IMG/VR virus record: IMGVR_UViG_3300032216_000715 | Span: 1-57,150 of that record | Strand: one strand, 5' to 3' | DNA length: 57,150 nucleotides | Source: a virus | Taxonomy: Duplodnaviria > Caudoviricetes | In this document: one piece after another, positions 25,113-35,159 of the stretch | How the letters are laid out: each line of letters starts with the position of its first letter | Numbering within the stretch: the stretch's first letter is position 1 | Notes under the pieces: generated by a model | Database searches by the model: none | What the model was told of the DNA's origin: nothing | What the model saw: only the letters and a program-made list of their open reading frames with translations | Made by a program: the position numbers and the translations under genes

Positions 25113-26726
25113 TTACTGAGCGTTATACAGACGACCACCATTGCCGTACTTCTCTAGTGCCTTCTCCGTAATCAGGGTAGGGGCAACACCCGCCTTAGGG
25201 CTAAAATATAGTCGCCCATCATTACCGGCGAGAACGGACCAGCCTAACGTGCTTGCGCGGGTCAGTACGTTCTGCACAGCAACTGCGTTCTTGCCGTAGC
25301 TGGCGTTGAGAACGCCTTGTCCACCACTCGCAGACAAGACGCCGGGGAATGCGTAGCCGAACTCCGTGGAGTTCTTGGGCTGCACACGGTAGCGTGTGAT
25401 GGTGGTCTTGTTGCCTGTCTCAGGGTTGTCGTATTTAAAGTCATCCTCAGAAACGTTGCCCTTGAAGCCTGCCGCACCGCCTTCGCCACTCAAAGCGCGG
25501 ATGCGGTTAGAGGCAGCGTTCATGCGGCCCGTCTGAGCTTCAAACTGCTGAACACCTAAAATACCCATTTTGTAACGCTCCTCAAGGGACAGCTCTTTCG
25601 GAGCCAGCTCAGCGCGAACGTTGCTCAAGTTGGTACCCGCTTCCGACTGGTGAATGTCAGCGATGGCTTTACGTGCTTCAGCAATCTGCTTGGTAAAACC
25701 CGCTAGATCGCCTTTGGCAAGAGCCGTCATCTGCAAGGCCATGACCTCTTCAGCCGACATGCCCGCAGTGGGATCAGCTTTGAACACAGCCATCGTGCCA
25801 GCAGGGTAGCCCTTGATCTGAGGCGGAGCGGGCATACCAGTACCTGTATCAGTGGCAGTAAGCACCAGCTCGTTACCGTCGGGGCTGCGATTAAGGCCCC
25901 ACGTCATACCGTCGGGGTTTTTCTGTAATGTACCCATGATACCTGAAACGCCCTTGGCAACCTTGTCCTGATCCTTGAACATGATGCCAGCTTGAAGCAA
26001 CTGGCTCGATTCCATCAGGTTCTTAGCGCGGATTTTCGATCCGCGCTCTAGTGCCGTGTCGTACCTTGCCATGTACTCATCAGCACCCTTCGTGTCGCCC
26101 ATTTGCTGGAGCCGGGTTGCCGTGTCGAAGGCAACTTCTTCGGGGGTGCGGTCGCGTAGTTGCGTAGTGTAACGCTCACGACCAAACGTGTCCTTGTACG
26201 CTTGGTACTTTGGAGTTTCGATTTCGTTTTCCGCAGACACAGCGCCCGGACCAGCATACTCAGTTTTACCGTCCTTGAGGTAATAACCTTGTGGGGCAGG
26301 CGCTTGTTGAGACATACCAACAGGTGTGGGGATGGGCGGGGTGGCGACAGGAAGCGCTGCTTGCGGACGGTTAAACTTCTGGGCTTCAGTCCCAGCATTC
26401 ATATTTGGTGCGGGGATAGCGCCCATATCGACTGCTGGCACTTGAAGCTCTTGGCTTTTTTCGACGCCAAGAGGCACCCGACGCATGGAGACATACTCAG
26501 CTTTTTGCTGAGGAGTCATCCCCTCTGCCACGCCCGCAATCAGGTGTTCTTGACCCTGAAGCTCCGCCGCGTCAAACGTCTTGACACCATCAGCCGCCAC
26601 CTTTTCTTTGGCGACTTCAGACGCAATCTTTTCACGCTTTGACTCTTTGCGCCTATCAGCAAGGGATAGTCCGGTCTGAAGACCGCCCATGAGGCCTTGA
26701 GCAAATGATCCTGCACCGAACGCCAT
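25113..26726 (-). CDS. Putative ejection (internal virion) protein
   Basis: Gly-rich amphipathic N-terminus GSFAQGLMGGLQTG; lies between other ejection-type genes. Confidence 0.6.
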   Translation of the reverse strand: MAFGAGSFAQGLMGGLQTGLSLADRRKESKREKIASEVAKEKVAADGVKTFDAAELQGQEHLIAGVAEGMTPQQKAEYVSMRRVPLGVEKSQELQVPAVDMGAIPAPNMNAGTEAQKFNRPQAALPVATPPIPTPVGMSQQAPAPQGYYLKDGKTEYAGPGAVSAENEIETPKYQAYKDTFGRERYTTQLRDRTPEEVAFDTATRLQQMGDTKGADEYMARYDTALERGSKIRAKNLMESSQLLQAGIMFKDQDKVAKGVSGIMGTLQKNPDGMTWGLNRSPDGNELVLTATDTGTGMPAPPQIKGYPAGTMAVFKADPTAGMSAEEVMALQMTALAKGDLAGFTKQIAEARKAIADIHQSEAGTNLSNVRAELAPKELSLEERYKMGILGVQQFEAQTGRMNAASNRIRALSGEGGAAGFKGNVSEDDFKYDNPETGNKTTITRYRVQPKNSTEFGYAFPGVLSASGGQGVLNASYGKNAVAVQNVLTRASTLGWSVLAGNDGRLYFSPKAGVAPTLITEKALEKYGNGGRLYNAQ

Positions 26727-26728
26727 AT

Positions 26729-27769
26729 TTACCTCAGCAAGCTGTAGTTAACAAGTTTGTAGCCATCAACGCGAGTGATGACTGCATCGGGGATAACCGG
26801 CTCAACTTCTTGAGCCATGACACCAACAAACGAGCCGTGCCCACCAGCATCCTGAAACTCCGGCTTATACTCAAACGAGTACACCGTGATGCCGCTAGGC
26901 AGTTCGCCGACTGCCTTGATGTTATGTTTGAAGCGGATGTCAGACATAGCAAAACCAGCACCGAGGCCAACGGCGGAGCCAAGCGCGCCCCACGCCGCAC
27001 CTGTTTGAGCTGCGCTGGCCTGCATCGCGTTATTACCGAGGCTGGTGTAGTTGCCCATTACGTTGCTGTAACCATTGATCGCCTGACCATAACCCTGTTG
27101 GACACCATTACCGGCAGCGATGCCTCCGTTAAGAGCGTTGCTGGCTACACCGGCTGCGCCTGTGCTGGCGTTCTGAGCGCCTGCGCCCATTGTTGATACG
27201 GCTGCTAGTCCGCCACGTCCGAAGTTAGCCGCATCAGCCGTAAGGCTCATACCTAGTGTGCGGGCTGCGTTACGAGCGCGGTTCATGGCCGACGCCTCAG
27301 CCGCCGAGTTCATGACTGATGCCGTGCTCCGGGCCGAGATTGCCGCGCCTGATGTCGGGTCAATGCCCATCGAACTCATCTGACGGCCCAGCGCACCCTG
27401 CTGATTTTGGATGGCCTGACCTACATCACCCTTAGCAAGGGCTGCCTGACGCTCCATCTCTGCTGGCTCATTGTACTGAGACACCATGTTGTAGTAGCGT
27501 TCTTCAGCGGGGATGCCGTACTGCTTGTAGCGGTCCGACGCCAGCTTCATCTGCTCAGCTTGGATGCCGTACAGGTCGCTTAGCTGACCTTGAGCCTTCA
27601 CTGATGCTTCGGTCTGCTGCTTCAGCAGGGGTGCTACGGTATCCTGATAATACTGCTTGGACCACTCCAGAGCCTCACGCGAAGTGTCGGCGACCTGTCG
27701 AGCAGATTCGCCGATCTGGGGATCGTACTTGTTCTCGACCGACTTCTTGCAGTAATCACGGTTAGACAT
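26729..27769 (-). CDS. Putative ejection protein with C-terminal S74-like domain
   Basis: Ala/Gly/Gln-rich body and hydrophobic stretch, then SDIRFKHNI...GVMAQEV...VNY; probable start MSNRDYCKK at 27769. Confidence 0.7.
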   Translation of the reverse strand: MSNRDYCKKSVENKYDPQIGESARQVADTSREALEWSKQYYQDTVAPLLKQQTEASVKAQGQLSDLYGIQAEQMKLASDRYKQYGIPAEERYYNMVSQYNEPAEMERQAALAKGDVGQAIQNQQGALGRQMSSMGIDPTSGAAISARSTASVMNSAAEASAMNRARNAARTLGMSLTADAANFGRGGLAAVSTMGAGAQNASTGAAGVASNALNGGIAAGNGVQQGYGQAINGYSNVMGNYTSLGNNAMQASAAQTGAAWGALGSAVGLGAGFAMSDIRFKHNIKAVGELPSGITVYSFEYKPEFQDAGGHGSFVGVMAQEVEPVIPDAVITRVDGYKLVNYSLLR

Positions 27770-28184
27770 ATTTGCAGTCCTCACGGAACATTCTGTAGAC
27801 GTAAACATCGACGCCTTCTCGCCCAGCTTCACTGAGCACGGCTTCCCGCGTCCATCCAAGGTGTTCGACAAATCGTATGGAGTCCGCATTGTTTGATTCA
27901 ACCCACGCGCTTATTCGCCTGCATCCGAGCTGGATGAAGGGGTAGTGGAATCCCCAGTAGAGGAAGTCTCGTTTGAGCCAGTTTCTGCCGGGGCTGCCAG
28001 CCAAGTGAATGAAAATGTTGGAGCCGTTATACTCAACATAGAGCGCTGCTGCGACAATTTCCCCGTCACGTCGAAGGACAATCCCTTTTTGGTCTTCAGT
28101 TCTGACGAGATTGAAAAATCTAGTGACATACTCAAAGGCTCCTTCGGCATCGGACGCGACTATGTATCGAGACGGGATGCTCAT
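27762..28184 (-). CDS. GNAT acetyltransferase (virion-module type)
   Basis: YPFIQLGCRRISAWV..N..SIRFVEHLGW.REA pattern; directly upstream of ejection genes. Confidence 0.8.
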   Translation of the reverse strand: MSIPSRYIVASDAEGAFEYVTRFFNLVRTEDQKGIVLRRDGEIVAAALYVEYNGSNIFIHLAGSPGRNWLKRDFLYWGFHYPFIQLGCRRISAWVESNNADSIRFVEHLGWTREAVLSEAGREGVDVYVYRMFREDCKYV

Positions 28185-28191
28185 CGCAGCT

Positions 28192-28220
28192 AACTTACCA
28201 TGATTAGTGTTGACCGTCTA
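28192..28220 (-). promoter_or_regulatory. Candidate promoter for a leaderless GNAT transcript
   Basis: TAGACG-17nt-TAAGTT with TG extension; ATG 7 nt downstream and no SD. Confidence 0.4.
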
Positions 28221-28368
28221 CAGGCTTTGGGTACTTCGCTTTGATTTCAGCAATGGCCGCTTTCCACGCGTCGTAGCCTTGGTGATACAGAATATCGAGC
28301 TGGTCTCCAATGGAGGGGTATTCCTCACGGCGGCGGTCAACATAGTTTGATGTGTGCTTAAGCTGCAT
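28204..28368 (-). CDS. Small tail-fibre-associated protein (54 aa), absent from the ORF track
   Basis: Translated by hand: MQLKHTSNYVDRRREEYPSIGDQLDILYHQGYDAWKAAIAEIKAKYPKP... Confidence 0.75.
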   Translation of the reverse strand: MQLKHTSNYVDRRREEYPSIGDQLDILYHQGYDAWKAAIAEIKAKYPKPVDGQH

Positions 28369-28723
28369 ATGTCACCTCAAACGAAGTATCGAGCCATGGG
28401 AAGCTGAAGAGCTTCACATTGTAGGTTCCGGGAAACGTAAAAGACAGGTGCACGACCATGTCCGTGACAGGGTAGCGAGTGCCCTCGATTTCCAAAACTG
28501 AGTTCGCAGGCACATCGTTGATGTCCAACCCGTCAAGGGTGGCAGGGTTTGTTGGGCGAGGTATAATCGCCGACCCGTCAAAATAGTGTGTCGCGTCAGA
28601 GACTTGCCCGTCGAACTCCACGGAAGTCTCATCTTCTTGGGCTTGAACGGTGATGAGGTCGGCAGGGCAAGAGCCGTAACGCAGGATGCGGCCTGTGGCG
28701 TCATAGACTACGAATTGCGCCAT
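28358..28723 (-). CDS. Tail-fibre-associated protein
   Basis: Coupled (TAATG) to the fibre gene; FVVYD.TGRIL start. Confidence 0.7.
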   Translation of the reverse strand: MAQFVVYDATGRILRYGSCPADLITVQAQEDETSVEFDGQVSDATHYFDGSAIIPRPTNPATLDGLDINDVPANSVLEIEGTRYPVTDMVVHLSFTFPGTYNVKLFSFPWLDTSFEVTYAA

Positions 28724-31700
28724 TACTTCTTGGCTCCGAGCAAGGTCAACGACCTGTTGTAAACGTCAAAGGCTGGGTTGCTGAAATAGCGATAAACTTG
28801 GATGGAGTAAGTGTAGGTTCCCGCAGCCGGTGTGTCCTGAAGGTTAAACGCTATGGGTTTGTTGTAGGTGGGGGCGGCGGTAATTAACCCTGTTGAACCC
28901 AGCAACTGAGTGGTGCCCCTGAAAACCCCGCACAAAAATAGCGCATCCAAAGACCCGTTAGATACTGCTGAAAGAGATACGCCAATGACGACGGGTTCGC
29001 CTGTCGTGGTTATGGTTGCTGTTTGGACAGTGACGTAGCCAGATGTACTTGTCACCGTAGTGGCCGCACTTGTAAAGGCGCTTACCGGAGTTGTGACAGC
29101 ATTGTCTGTAATCTTGGCGGTGCCAACTGTAAGATTGGCGATCTTGGCGCTATCAACTTCGAGGTTGCCGATCTTGGCGTTGGTGATGATACCGTCGCCG
29201 ATCTGAGCTGATACTGTCAAAAGCTGTGTGGTCGCCAGTTGGGCGGCTGCAATCGTTCCTGCCACAAGCCGATCACCTGTGATGGTGTTCGCGGCAATCT
29301 GACTAGCTGTAATGGAGTTTGCAGCAATCTGACCGGCTGTAATGGTATTTGCAGCGATGTTGCTCGCAAGGATAGTGCCTGCGGCAATCTTTGCGCTTGT
29401 GATGGTGCCTGCGGCAATTTCTGTTGCCGTGATGGTACCAGCGGCAATATCTCCCGCTGTAATGGTTCCGGCAGCAATTTCGGCAGAGGTGATCGTGCTA
29501 GCCGCAATTTGAGCGGCAGTGATTGTGTTCGCGGCAATCTGACCGGCGGTGATAGTGTTTGCAGCGATTTCTGTAGCTGTAACTGCGCCAGCGGAAATCT
29601 TTGCAGTAGTAATAGCCCCAGCGGCAATCTTGGCTGTGGTGACTGCTAAAGCGTTTAATTCAGCAGTAGTGACTGCGCCAGCGACGATTTTTTGTGTAGT
29701 GACAGCATTGGTTGCAATTTCCGAGGCTGTGATTGCGCCAGCGGCAATTTGATTGGCGGTGATTGTGTCAGTTGCAATCTTTGCGGCAGTGATGGTCGCA
29801 GCAGCAATTTCTGTTCCCGTAATGGTCCCTGCAACAATGTTTGCCGCCGTAATGGTATTCGCAGCAATTTCTGTTGACGTGATAGCTCCAGAAGCAATTT
29901 TTCCTGCAATGACCGAATTAGCGGCCAACTCTGTTGCCGTGATGGTCCCAGAAACAATTTTTCCTGTAGTAACCGAATTAGCGGCTAACTCGGAGGTCGT
30001 GATTGCATTGGCAGCAATTTCGTTAGATGTGATGCTGTCCGCCGCAATCTTACCAGCCGTAATCGCGCCTGCGGATATTTCGTTTGAAGTAATAGCGTTA
30101 GCAGCAATTTTTGCTGTTACGATTGAACCGGCGGCAATTTTTGGCGCAGTAATTGCATCAGGGGCAATTTCAGTTGCTGTAATGGTTAATGGCAAGATTT
30201 CATCTGGTCGAGGTGCATAGGATGACGCCAATTCCCCTTGCTCTATCTGTGGAGCGCAAATCTCTAAAATGCTGCCGGAAGCTAGGGTTCCGCTCATAGC
30301 CCAAGAGATATAAAATTCACCGTACGTTGTGTATGTGTTGCTAGCGGGAGTAACTCTCCAAGCATAGCGCTGCCATGTGTTTTGCAGAAGCGTAGGGCTA
30401 GTTACCTCTATTGCAGAAGTGAAGCCCATGTTTGAGTAAAGACCATACATAGTCTTGCCGACCGCAGAAGCGTTACCGGCCCTCGCCCAAAAACTAACGA
30501 TATATGTAAGGCCGGGAGTCCAAACGGATGAACCTTGCTGCGAGTAAGTGCCTAAAGTGTTGGTGGTGTTGGCGTTAGCGGTAATGCGTAAATAATTTGT
30601 CCCAAACAACCCGCCCGAAACAATTCGTGTAGTGGTAGGGATGCCACCGTTGTTATAAACGTTCCACCCCGACGGCATTGATCCGTCGATATCAATTGTA
30701 CCTGTTATATTCTTAAAGCCGCTATTGGATACAAGGTTTCCCCCGCCAACAGAACCGTTAACTTTGGTAACAGACACTGCCGAAATTTGAGAGTCTGTAA
30801 GTTGACCCGTTACCTTGGTTGCGTCAATTGCGGCTAATTGAGCGTTAGTAAGCTGTCCAGAAACTTTGGCTGCATCAATAGCCGCAAGCTGAGCATTCGT
30901 GAGCTGCCCTGTAATTTTGGTAGCAGCTATCGCTGCTAGCTGGGTATCTGTAAGTTGGCCCGTTACCTTAGCCGCATCAATTGCGGCTAATTGAGCGTTA
31001 GTAAGCTGTCCCGAAACTTTAGCAGCATCAATGGCTGCAAGCTGAGCATTCGTGAGCTGCCCAGAAACTTTAGCAGCGTCAATGGCCGCAAGCTGGGCAT
31101 TAGTAAGTTGCCCAGTTACCTTAGACGCGGCCAAGCCTGCAATCTGAGCGTCGGTAATCGTTCCGCTAATATCTGTAGAAGATACAGATGTAATCCACCC
31201 TGATCCATCCCAGCGGTACAGCTTGTTGTCTGTGTTGAGGAATACGACCCGACCTTGGGTGTTACCTGTAGAAGGCAACGAGGTCACAATTTCTATAGGT
31301 CGCAGGCCTGATGCAAACTTGGTGATTCCGATGGAACCTGCTTGAATCATATTGCCTTGCAGGTAGACGGTTCCACCAATGACTTCGAACGGCCTGCCTG
31401 AAGCATTTTCGATGGCGAAGTAATCAGCGTTTACAATGAAGCTGCTGGTCGTTGGCGACGACATGAGCTTAAAGCCTGTCACCTTACCTGCTGACACCGT
31501 CACGCTATATTGAGCGTTAATATCGCCGATAGCTGTGGCGTTAGTAGACGACTGAGTTACAACCGCAGCAATTCGAGCATCGTCGGACAGCACCCATGCC
31601 GTGCCGTTCCAACGGTATGTTTTGTTGCTGTCGCCGGTGTTGAGCCATAGATCGCCAATGGCGGTGGCAATCGGAGCGGAGGTCTGAGCAAACGTTTGGT

Positions 31701-32565
31701 TCTTGGTGCCTACGGTAGACGTTAGGGCTGTGATCGCAGACGCGTTCGTGGAATCGCCGCTGGCGCGGGCAGTTTCTTCGGTAGCAATCCGTGATTTAAG
31801 GGCGGTGTTGCCGTCCGTGGCGGAAGTGACCGTAGACTCCAGTGTGCTCGTGCGCGTCGCCAGTGCTGAGTCGGCAGTAGCGCGGGTGGTCTCCTCAGTG
31901 GCGATTCGGGCTTTAAGGGCGGTGTTGCCGTCCGTGGCGGAAGTGACCGTGGACTCCAGTGTGCTCGTGCGCGTCGCCAGTGCTGAGTCGGCAGTAGCGC
32001 GGGTGGTGGCTTCGGACGTGATATTGGCCTGAAGCGTGGATTGGTTGGTGTTGACGAGCGATGTCAGCGATGTGATGCTCGACGCCAGTGCATTGTCGGC
32101 GTTTAGACGAACTGTCTGCTCTGTAGAAATAGCTGCCGTGTTGGCAACTGTGCGCAAGTCGTCAACCGCGACCCACGCGGAACCGCTATACCTGTAAACC
32201 TTATTGTTGTCGTCTGTATCAAACCAAATGTCCCCGATATTTGCCGGAGATGGCGCAGTGGTTTGCGCATATGTTGTGATTGCTGAGGAGCCTGACACGA
32301 CCAACTGCTGAATCTGCTGAGCCAGCGCATTGTCCGCTGACACCCGTGCAGATGTCTCGTTAGTTACACGCGCAGAAACGCCTTCGATTGAGAAGTTTAA
32401 GTTCGTAATAGTATTGCTCAGGTACGCAGTATTTTGCGCTTTACCGTATTTGGTAGGGTCAAGCAGGATAATTACGTTCTCAAGGTTTTCCTTGATCGAC
32501 TGAAGAAATATCGAACTGGTAGCGTCAGTCGGTGGTACTGACGGAATGCCGCGCCACTGGGTCAC
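28723..32565 (-). CDS. Long tail fibre / host-specificity protein with several repeat blocks
   Basis: GDIWFDTDD modules, 39-aa duplication, 17-aa GQLTNAQLAAIDAAKV repeats, CBM-like insert and long IT..IAA pentapeptide-type array. Confidence 0.8.
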   Translation of the reverse strand: MTQWRGIPSVPPTDATSSIFLQSIKENLENVIILLDPTKYGKAQNTAYLSNTITNLNFSIEGVSARVTNETSARVSADNALAQQIQQLVVSGSSAITTYAQTTAPSPANIGDIWFDTDDNNKVYRYSGSAWVAVDDLRTVANTAAISTEQTVRLNADNALASSITSLTSLVNTNQSTLQANITSEATTRATADSALATRTSTLESTVTSATDGNTALKARIATEETTRATADSALATRTSTLESTVTSATDGNTALKSRIATEETARASGDSTNASAITALTSTVGTKNQTFAQTSAPIATAIGDLWLNTGDSNKTYRWNGTAWVLSDDARIAAVVTQSSTNATAIGDINAQYSVTVSAGKVTGFKLMSSPTTSSFIVNADYFAIENASGRPFEVIGGTVYLQGNMIQAGSIGITKFASGLRPIEIVTSLPSTGNTQGRVVFLNTDNKLYRWDGSGWITSVSSTDISGTITDAQIAGLAASKVTGQLTNAQLAAIDAAKVSGQLTNAQLAAIDAAKVSGQLTNAQLAAIDAAKVTGQLTDTQLAAIAATKITGQLTNAQLAAIDAAKVSGQLTNAQLAAIDATKVTGQLTDSQISAVSVTKVNGSVGGGNLVSNSGFKNITGTIDIDGSMPSGWNVYNNGGIPTTTRIVSGGLFGTNYLRITANANTTNTLGTYSQQGSSVWTPGLTYIVSFWARAGNASAVGKTMYGLYSNMGFTSAIEVTSPTLLQNTWQRYAWRVTPASNTYTTYGEFYISWAMSGTLASGSILEICAPQIEQGELASSYAPRPDEILPLTITATEIAPDAITAPKIAAGSIVTAKIAANAITSNEISAGAITAGKIAADSITSNEIAANAITTSELAANSVTTGKIVSGTITATELAANSVIAGKIASGAITSTEIAANTITAANIVAGTITGTEIAAATITAAKIATDTITANQIAAGAITASEIATNAVTTQKIVAGAVTTAELNALAVTTAKIAAGAITTAKISAGAVTATEIAANTITAGQIAANTITAAQIAASTITSAEIAAGTITAGDIAAGTITATEIAAGTITSAKIAAGTILASNIAANTITAGQIAANSITASQIAANTITGDRLVAGTIAAAQLATTQLLTVSAQIGDGIITNAKIGNLEVDSAKIANLTVGTAKITDNAVTTPVSAFTSAATTVTSTSGYVTVQTATITTTGEPVVIGVSLSAVSNGSLDALFLCGVFRGTTQLLGSTGLITAAPTYNKPIAFNLQDTPAAGTYTYSIQVYRYFSNPAFDVYNRSLTLLGAKK
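31795..32007. repeat. 117-bp-period near-identical tandem duplication within the fibre gene
   Basis: ggcggtgttgccgtccgtggcggaagtgaccgt... at 31801 and 31918. Confidence 0.85.
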
Positions 32566-34352
32566 TGGTGAAGCTCCGCAACTGTGGTAGCCAACGAAAC
32601 TGCGCGCACATACACCGTGCCGACAATCTCGACTTCAATCGAACGCGACTTAAACGCAGGAATGCGAACAGGGTCGAAAGATGTCATATCAATGGCAACC
32701 TTCTGCTCTCCATCGCCGTAGACAATGACTTGCACTCCGCGCAATGACGCTAAACTAGGCATGTTAATCAACGTACTGTTGTTGACGGCCATAGTGTTCA
32801 ACGCGCCCGTGTTCAATGTAGATAGGAGATTAGTGTTAAAGATCGACTGGTTATAGGCAATCTGCTCCGCTGTCACCTTGTTATACAGCGCCGCATCTCC
32901 GATTTGATCGTAATCAGCGTCCAGTTTGAGCGCACTGAACGTCACGCCTTGCGGCATGACAAATCGCTTACTCTTCCAGTTATACGTATAAGGATTAAGC
33001 GGATCGTTGTCCCAGTGTTTGATGGTGTTGTCGAGTGGGTCGAGGTAATACAGGTGCCCTGACTGACTGTCTACGTGCACCGCGTCTGCCTGCATGGAAG
33101 TAAACGATAGCGCTGGAACGTCAGTGCGGTTGATTACCATCGTCCGCAGCTCATAGATATTATTTGGGTAAATCGCAAAATACTGGTTGTTGGTTGTCAC
33201 ACCAGACATCAGCTCAGGATGGTAATCTTTCCACTCGTTATAAGCAAAAAGGTTGGATGTGATGACACCGCGCATACTTGGACCAATGCCAACCATGCCA
33301 TTGGGGCTGGCGTAGAGAACACCAAACTCATCACTCGTAATAGATTTTTTCGAGACACACGGCTCCAAGATTGGGACGCGTTCAACCGACATCGCCCCCG
33401 GATAGCTACCGCTGACAATGAAAGGATAACGCTCAGTCATCACGACGATGGACGTGCCGAATATACCCAGCCCAATGATCTTTGTCGGAACGTTAAGCGC
33501 GTAAGCAGACGGCCACGCGTGAGGGTAATATGGCTCTGAGAAGTAAATGGTGTTATCTTGGAACCCGACTAGAGAGCCAGACGGATGCGTTCCTAGACCT
33601 TTGAGGCCTGACGGTGGCGCATCCCACCCCAGTGTTCCAAGAACTTCACCGAGTTGAGCGACTGTTTTATTATCTGAGTACGAGGTGGTGGCCACGGGAA
33701 TTTCAACCACGAACTGATATGTGTCCGTGGTTGCCCCTGTGACAAGCCTGTAAATGCGTCGGTGTGTTATGTTGTAGTTGGCTGTAGGTGCTGCCGTAAA
33801 CCCGTTAATTGTTACGGTGTCGCCAGTGTAAATAGTTAAAGCTGCGCTTGCAGGTGAGGGAGCGCTCTCCTCAGTTACAGCCCCAAAAGTAGATACATAC
33901 GTATATACATAAACGCGGGATTCTGGATCAACCGTGCCGGTACCAACTCGTGTTGTAGTAGGTGCACCTGTTGGAGCTGGGACGCCGAGATTCAACCAGC
34001 CACGAGGATATGCGCCGGTTCCGGTTGTTGTCAGTGTGTAGTTTGATTTTTTCGGAACGCCATCGCCGGTATAGTAGTAGCGATAGTCAGACATGTCAGC
34101 CATCGGACTAAGAGCGACGTTAACATCGCCAGTCCACGTAAGCCACAGCGCGGTAGACGCGTTGTAGTACTTATAGATGGTGTGCACACCTGTGATTGTA
34201 GGGACGTACTCATTGGTAGACCCTTGCCAGTAGCGAAGTTCTTTGGAGTACAGCTTTACGTTATCAGCGCGTTGAGCCTGATTTTCGTTAAGCATGGTTG
34301 GCGATGTACGTGGGACTACGCCGTCAAAACCCATCACCTTAAGCTGCGGCAT
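32562..34352 (-). CDS. Tail nozzle / tubular (stabilisation) protein
   Basis: 596 aa, beta-rich; F.G.VPR..P..L start, YVYTYV..FG..EES.PS, FSEPY.PHAWP, WKSK motifs. Confidence 0.7.
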   Translation of the reverse strand: MPQLKVMGFDGVVPRTSPTMLNENQAQRADNVKLYSKELRYWQGSTNEYVPTITGVHTIYKYYNASTALWLTWTGDVNVALSPMADMSDYRYYYTGDGVPKKSNYTLTTTGTGAYPRGWLNLGVPAPTGAPTTTRVGTGTVDPESRVYVYTYVSTFGAVTEESAPSPASAALTIYTGDTVTINGFTAAPTANYNITHRRIYRLVTGATTDTYQFVVEIPVATTSYSDNKTVAQLGEVLGTLGWDAPPSGLKGLGTHPSGSLVGFQDNTIYFSEPYYPHAWPSAYALNVPTKIIGLGIFGTSIVVMTERYPFIVSGSYPGAMSVERVPILEPCVSKKSITSDEFGVLYASPNGMVGIGPSMRGVITSNLFAYNEWKDYHPELMSGVTTNNQYFAIYPNNIYELRTMVINRTDVPALSFTSMQADAVHVDSQSGHLYYLDPLDNTIKHWDNDPLNPYTYNWKSKRFVMPQGVTFSALKLDADYDQIGDAALYNKVTAEQIAYNQSIFNTNLLSTLNTGALNTMAVNNSTLINMPSLASLRGVQVIVYGDGEQKVAIDMTSFDPVRIPAFKSRSIEVEIVGTVYVRAVSLATTVAELHQ

Positions 34353-34361
34353 TTAAAGTCC

Positions 34362-34607
34362 TTACTTTTTAGTACCGCCGTGCTTATTCCTTGAGCGGTT
34401 GACTGACTTGGCTTGAACCCTCAGGTTGCCCTTGGAGTTATCCATGGGATTGCCGTTCTTGTGGTCCACGTCTTTGCCGTCGCCCTTGCTGACCTTACCG
34501 TCTTTCTCCAAGGCGTAACGAGCGCGGTTGCGCGCCATCCGAAGCTTAACCTGCTCAGGCTTCGCATTATACTTAGCTCTAGCGCGCTTCTGAGCTTCGG
34601 ATGTCAC
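34362..34607 (-). CDS. Small HNH endonuclease
   Basis: KGDGKDVDHKNGNPMDN...NLRV....NRS. Confidence 0.85.
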   Translation of the reverse strand: MTSEAQKRARAKYNAKPEQVKLRMARNRARYALEKDGKVSKGDGKDVDHKNGNPMDNSKGNLRVQAKSVNRSRNKHGGTKK

Positions 34608-34610
34608 GGC

Positions 34611-34787
34611 TTACTTCATCTTCTTCAGAGTCTTAGCCAATCGAGCGCGTTTACCCAGCAAGCCGGGGGCTTGAGCCGCTTTATTCAGCTTGCCTGCGGG
34701 AATGGTAGCGCCCTTCTTTACACCCATCTCCTTACGGAGAGCGCCGGGTTTCTTGATGGCTTTTGCGATCCACTTTTTATCGGCCAC
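34611..34787 (-). CDS. Small Lys-rich protein (58 aa, MADKKWIAKAIKKPGALR...)
   Basis: GTG 34787 after GGAGG; C-terminal part of ORF 34611..34952. Confidence 0.7.
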   Translation of the reverse strand: MADKKWIAKAIKKPGALRKEMGVKKGATIPAGKLNKAAQAPGLLGKRARLAKTLKKMK

Positions 34788-34980
34788 GGACACCCTCCGG
34801 TTTTTTACCACCAAACGGGCCGTCATACATAGACGACGTGGAGTAAGTCTTAGGAGTGGCAGACGACGAGGGATTATCGCCAAAAGACATCGACTGGTAC
34901 TCCGGCGTTTCAGACCGACCCAGCGACATCTCAAAGTAACAACCCGCCGCACTTTCTTTGTGTGCAGGAACTTTTACCAT
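34777..34980 (-). CDS. Small protein, paralog B (DGPFGGKKP)
   Basis: TAATG-coupled to paralog A; shares its C-terminal motif. Confidence 0.65.
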   Translation of the reverse strand: MVKVPAHKESAAGCYFEMSLGRSETPEYQSMSFGDNPSSSATPKTYSTSSMYDGPFGGKKPEGVRGR

Positions 34981-35159
34981 TACGCGGGCTTCTTTCCGCC
35001 GTAGGGGCCATCCATCATCGACGCCTTGGCATCTGCCTTGGCCGGAATCGTGGACTTTACGGCAGCGGGGGTTGCCATGTCGAAGCTCATCTCACCGCGC
35101 TCCGCGCCATTCTTGAGATTGATAGGTTTCATCGGGGTTGCTTTGTACGGTGCAGTCAT
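34980..35159 (-). CDS. Small protein, paralog A (59 aa, DGPYGGKKP), absent from the ORF track
   Basis: AAGGAG RBS; MTAPYKATPMKPINLKNGAERGEMSFDMATP...SMMDGPYGGKKPA. Confidence 0.7.
   Translation of the reverse strand: MTAPYKATPMKPINLKNGAERGEMSFDMATPAAVKSTIPAKADAKASMMDGPYGGKKPA

Noticed and set aside
27770-27901. Upstream start of ORF 26729..27901
   Set aside because: It would overlap the GNAT gene by 140 nt; the coupled ATG at 27769 with a GAGGA SD fits better
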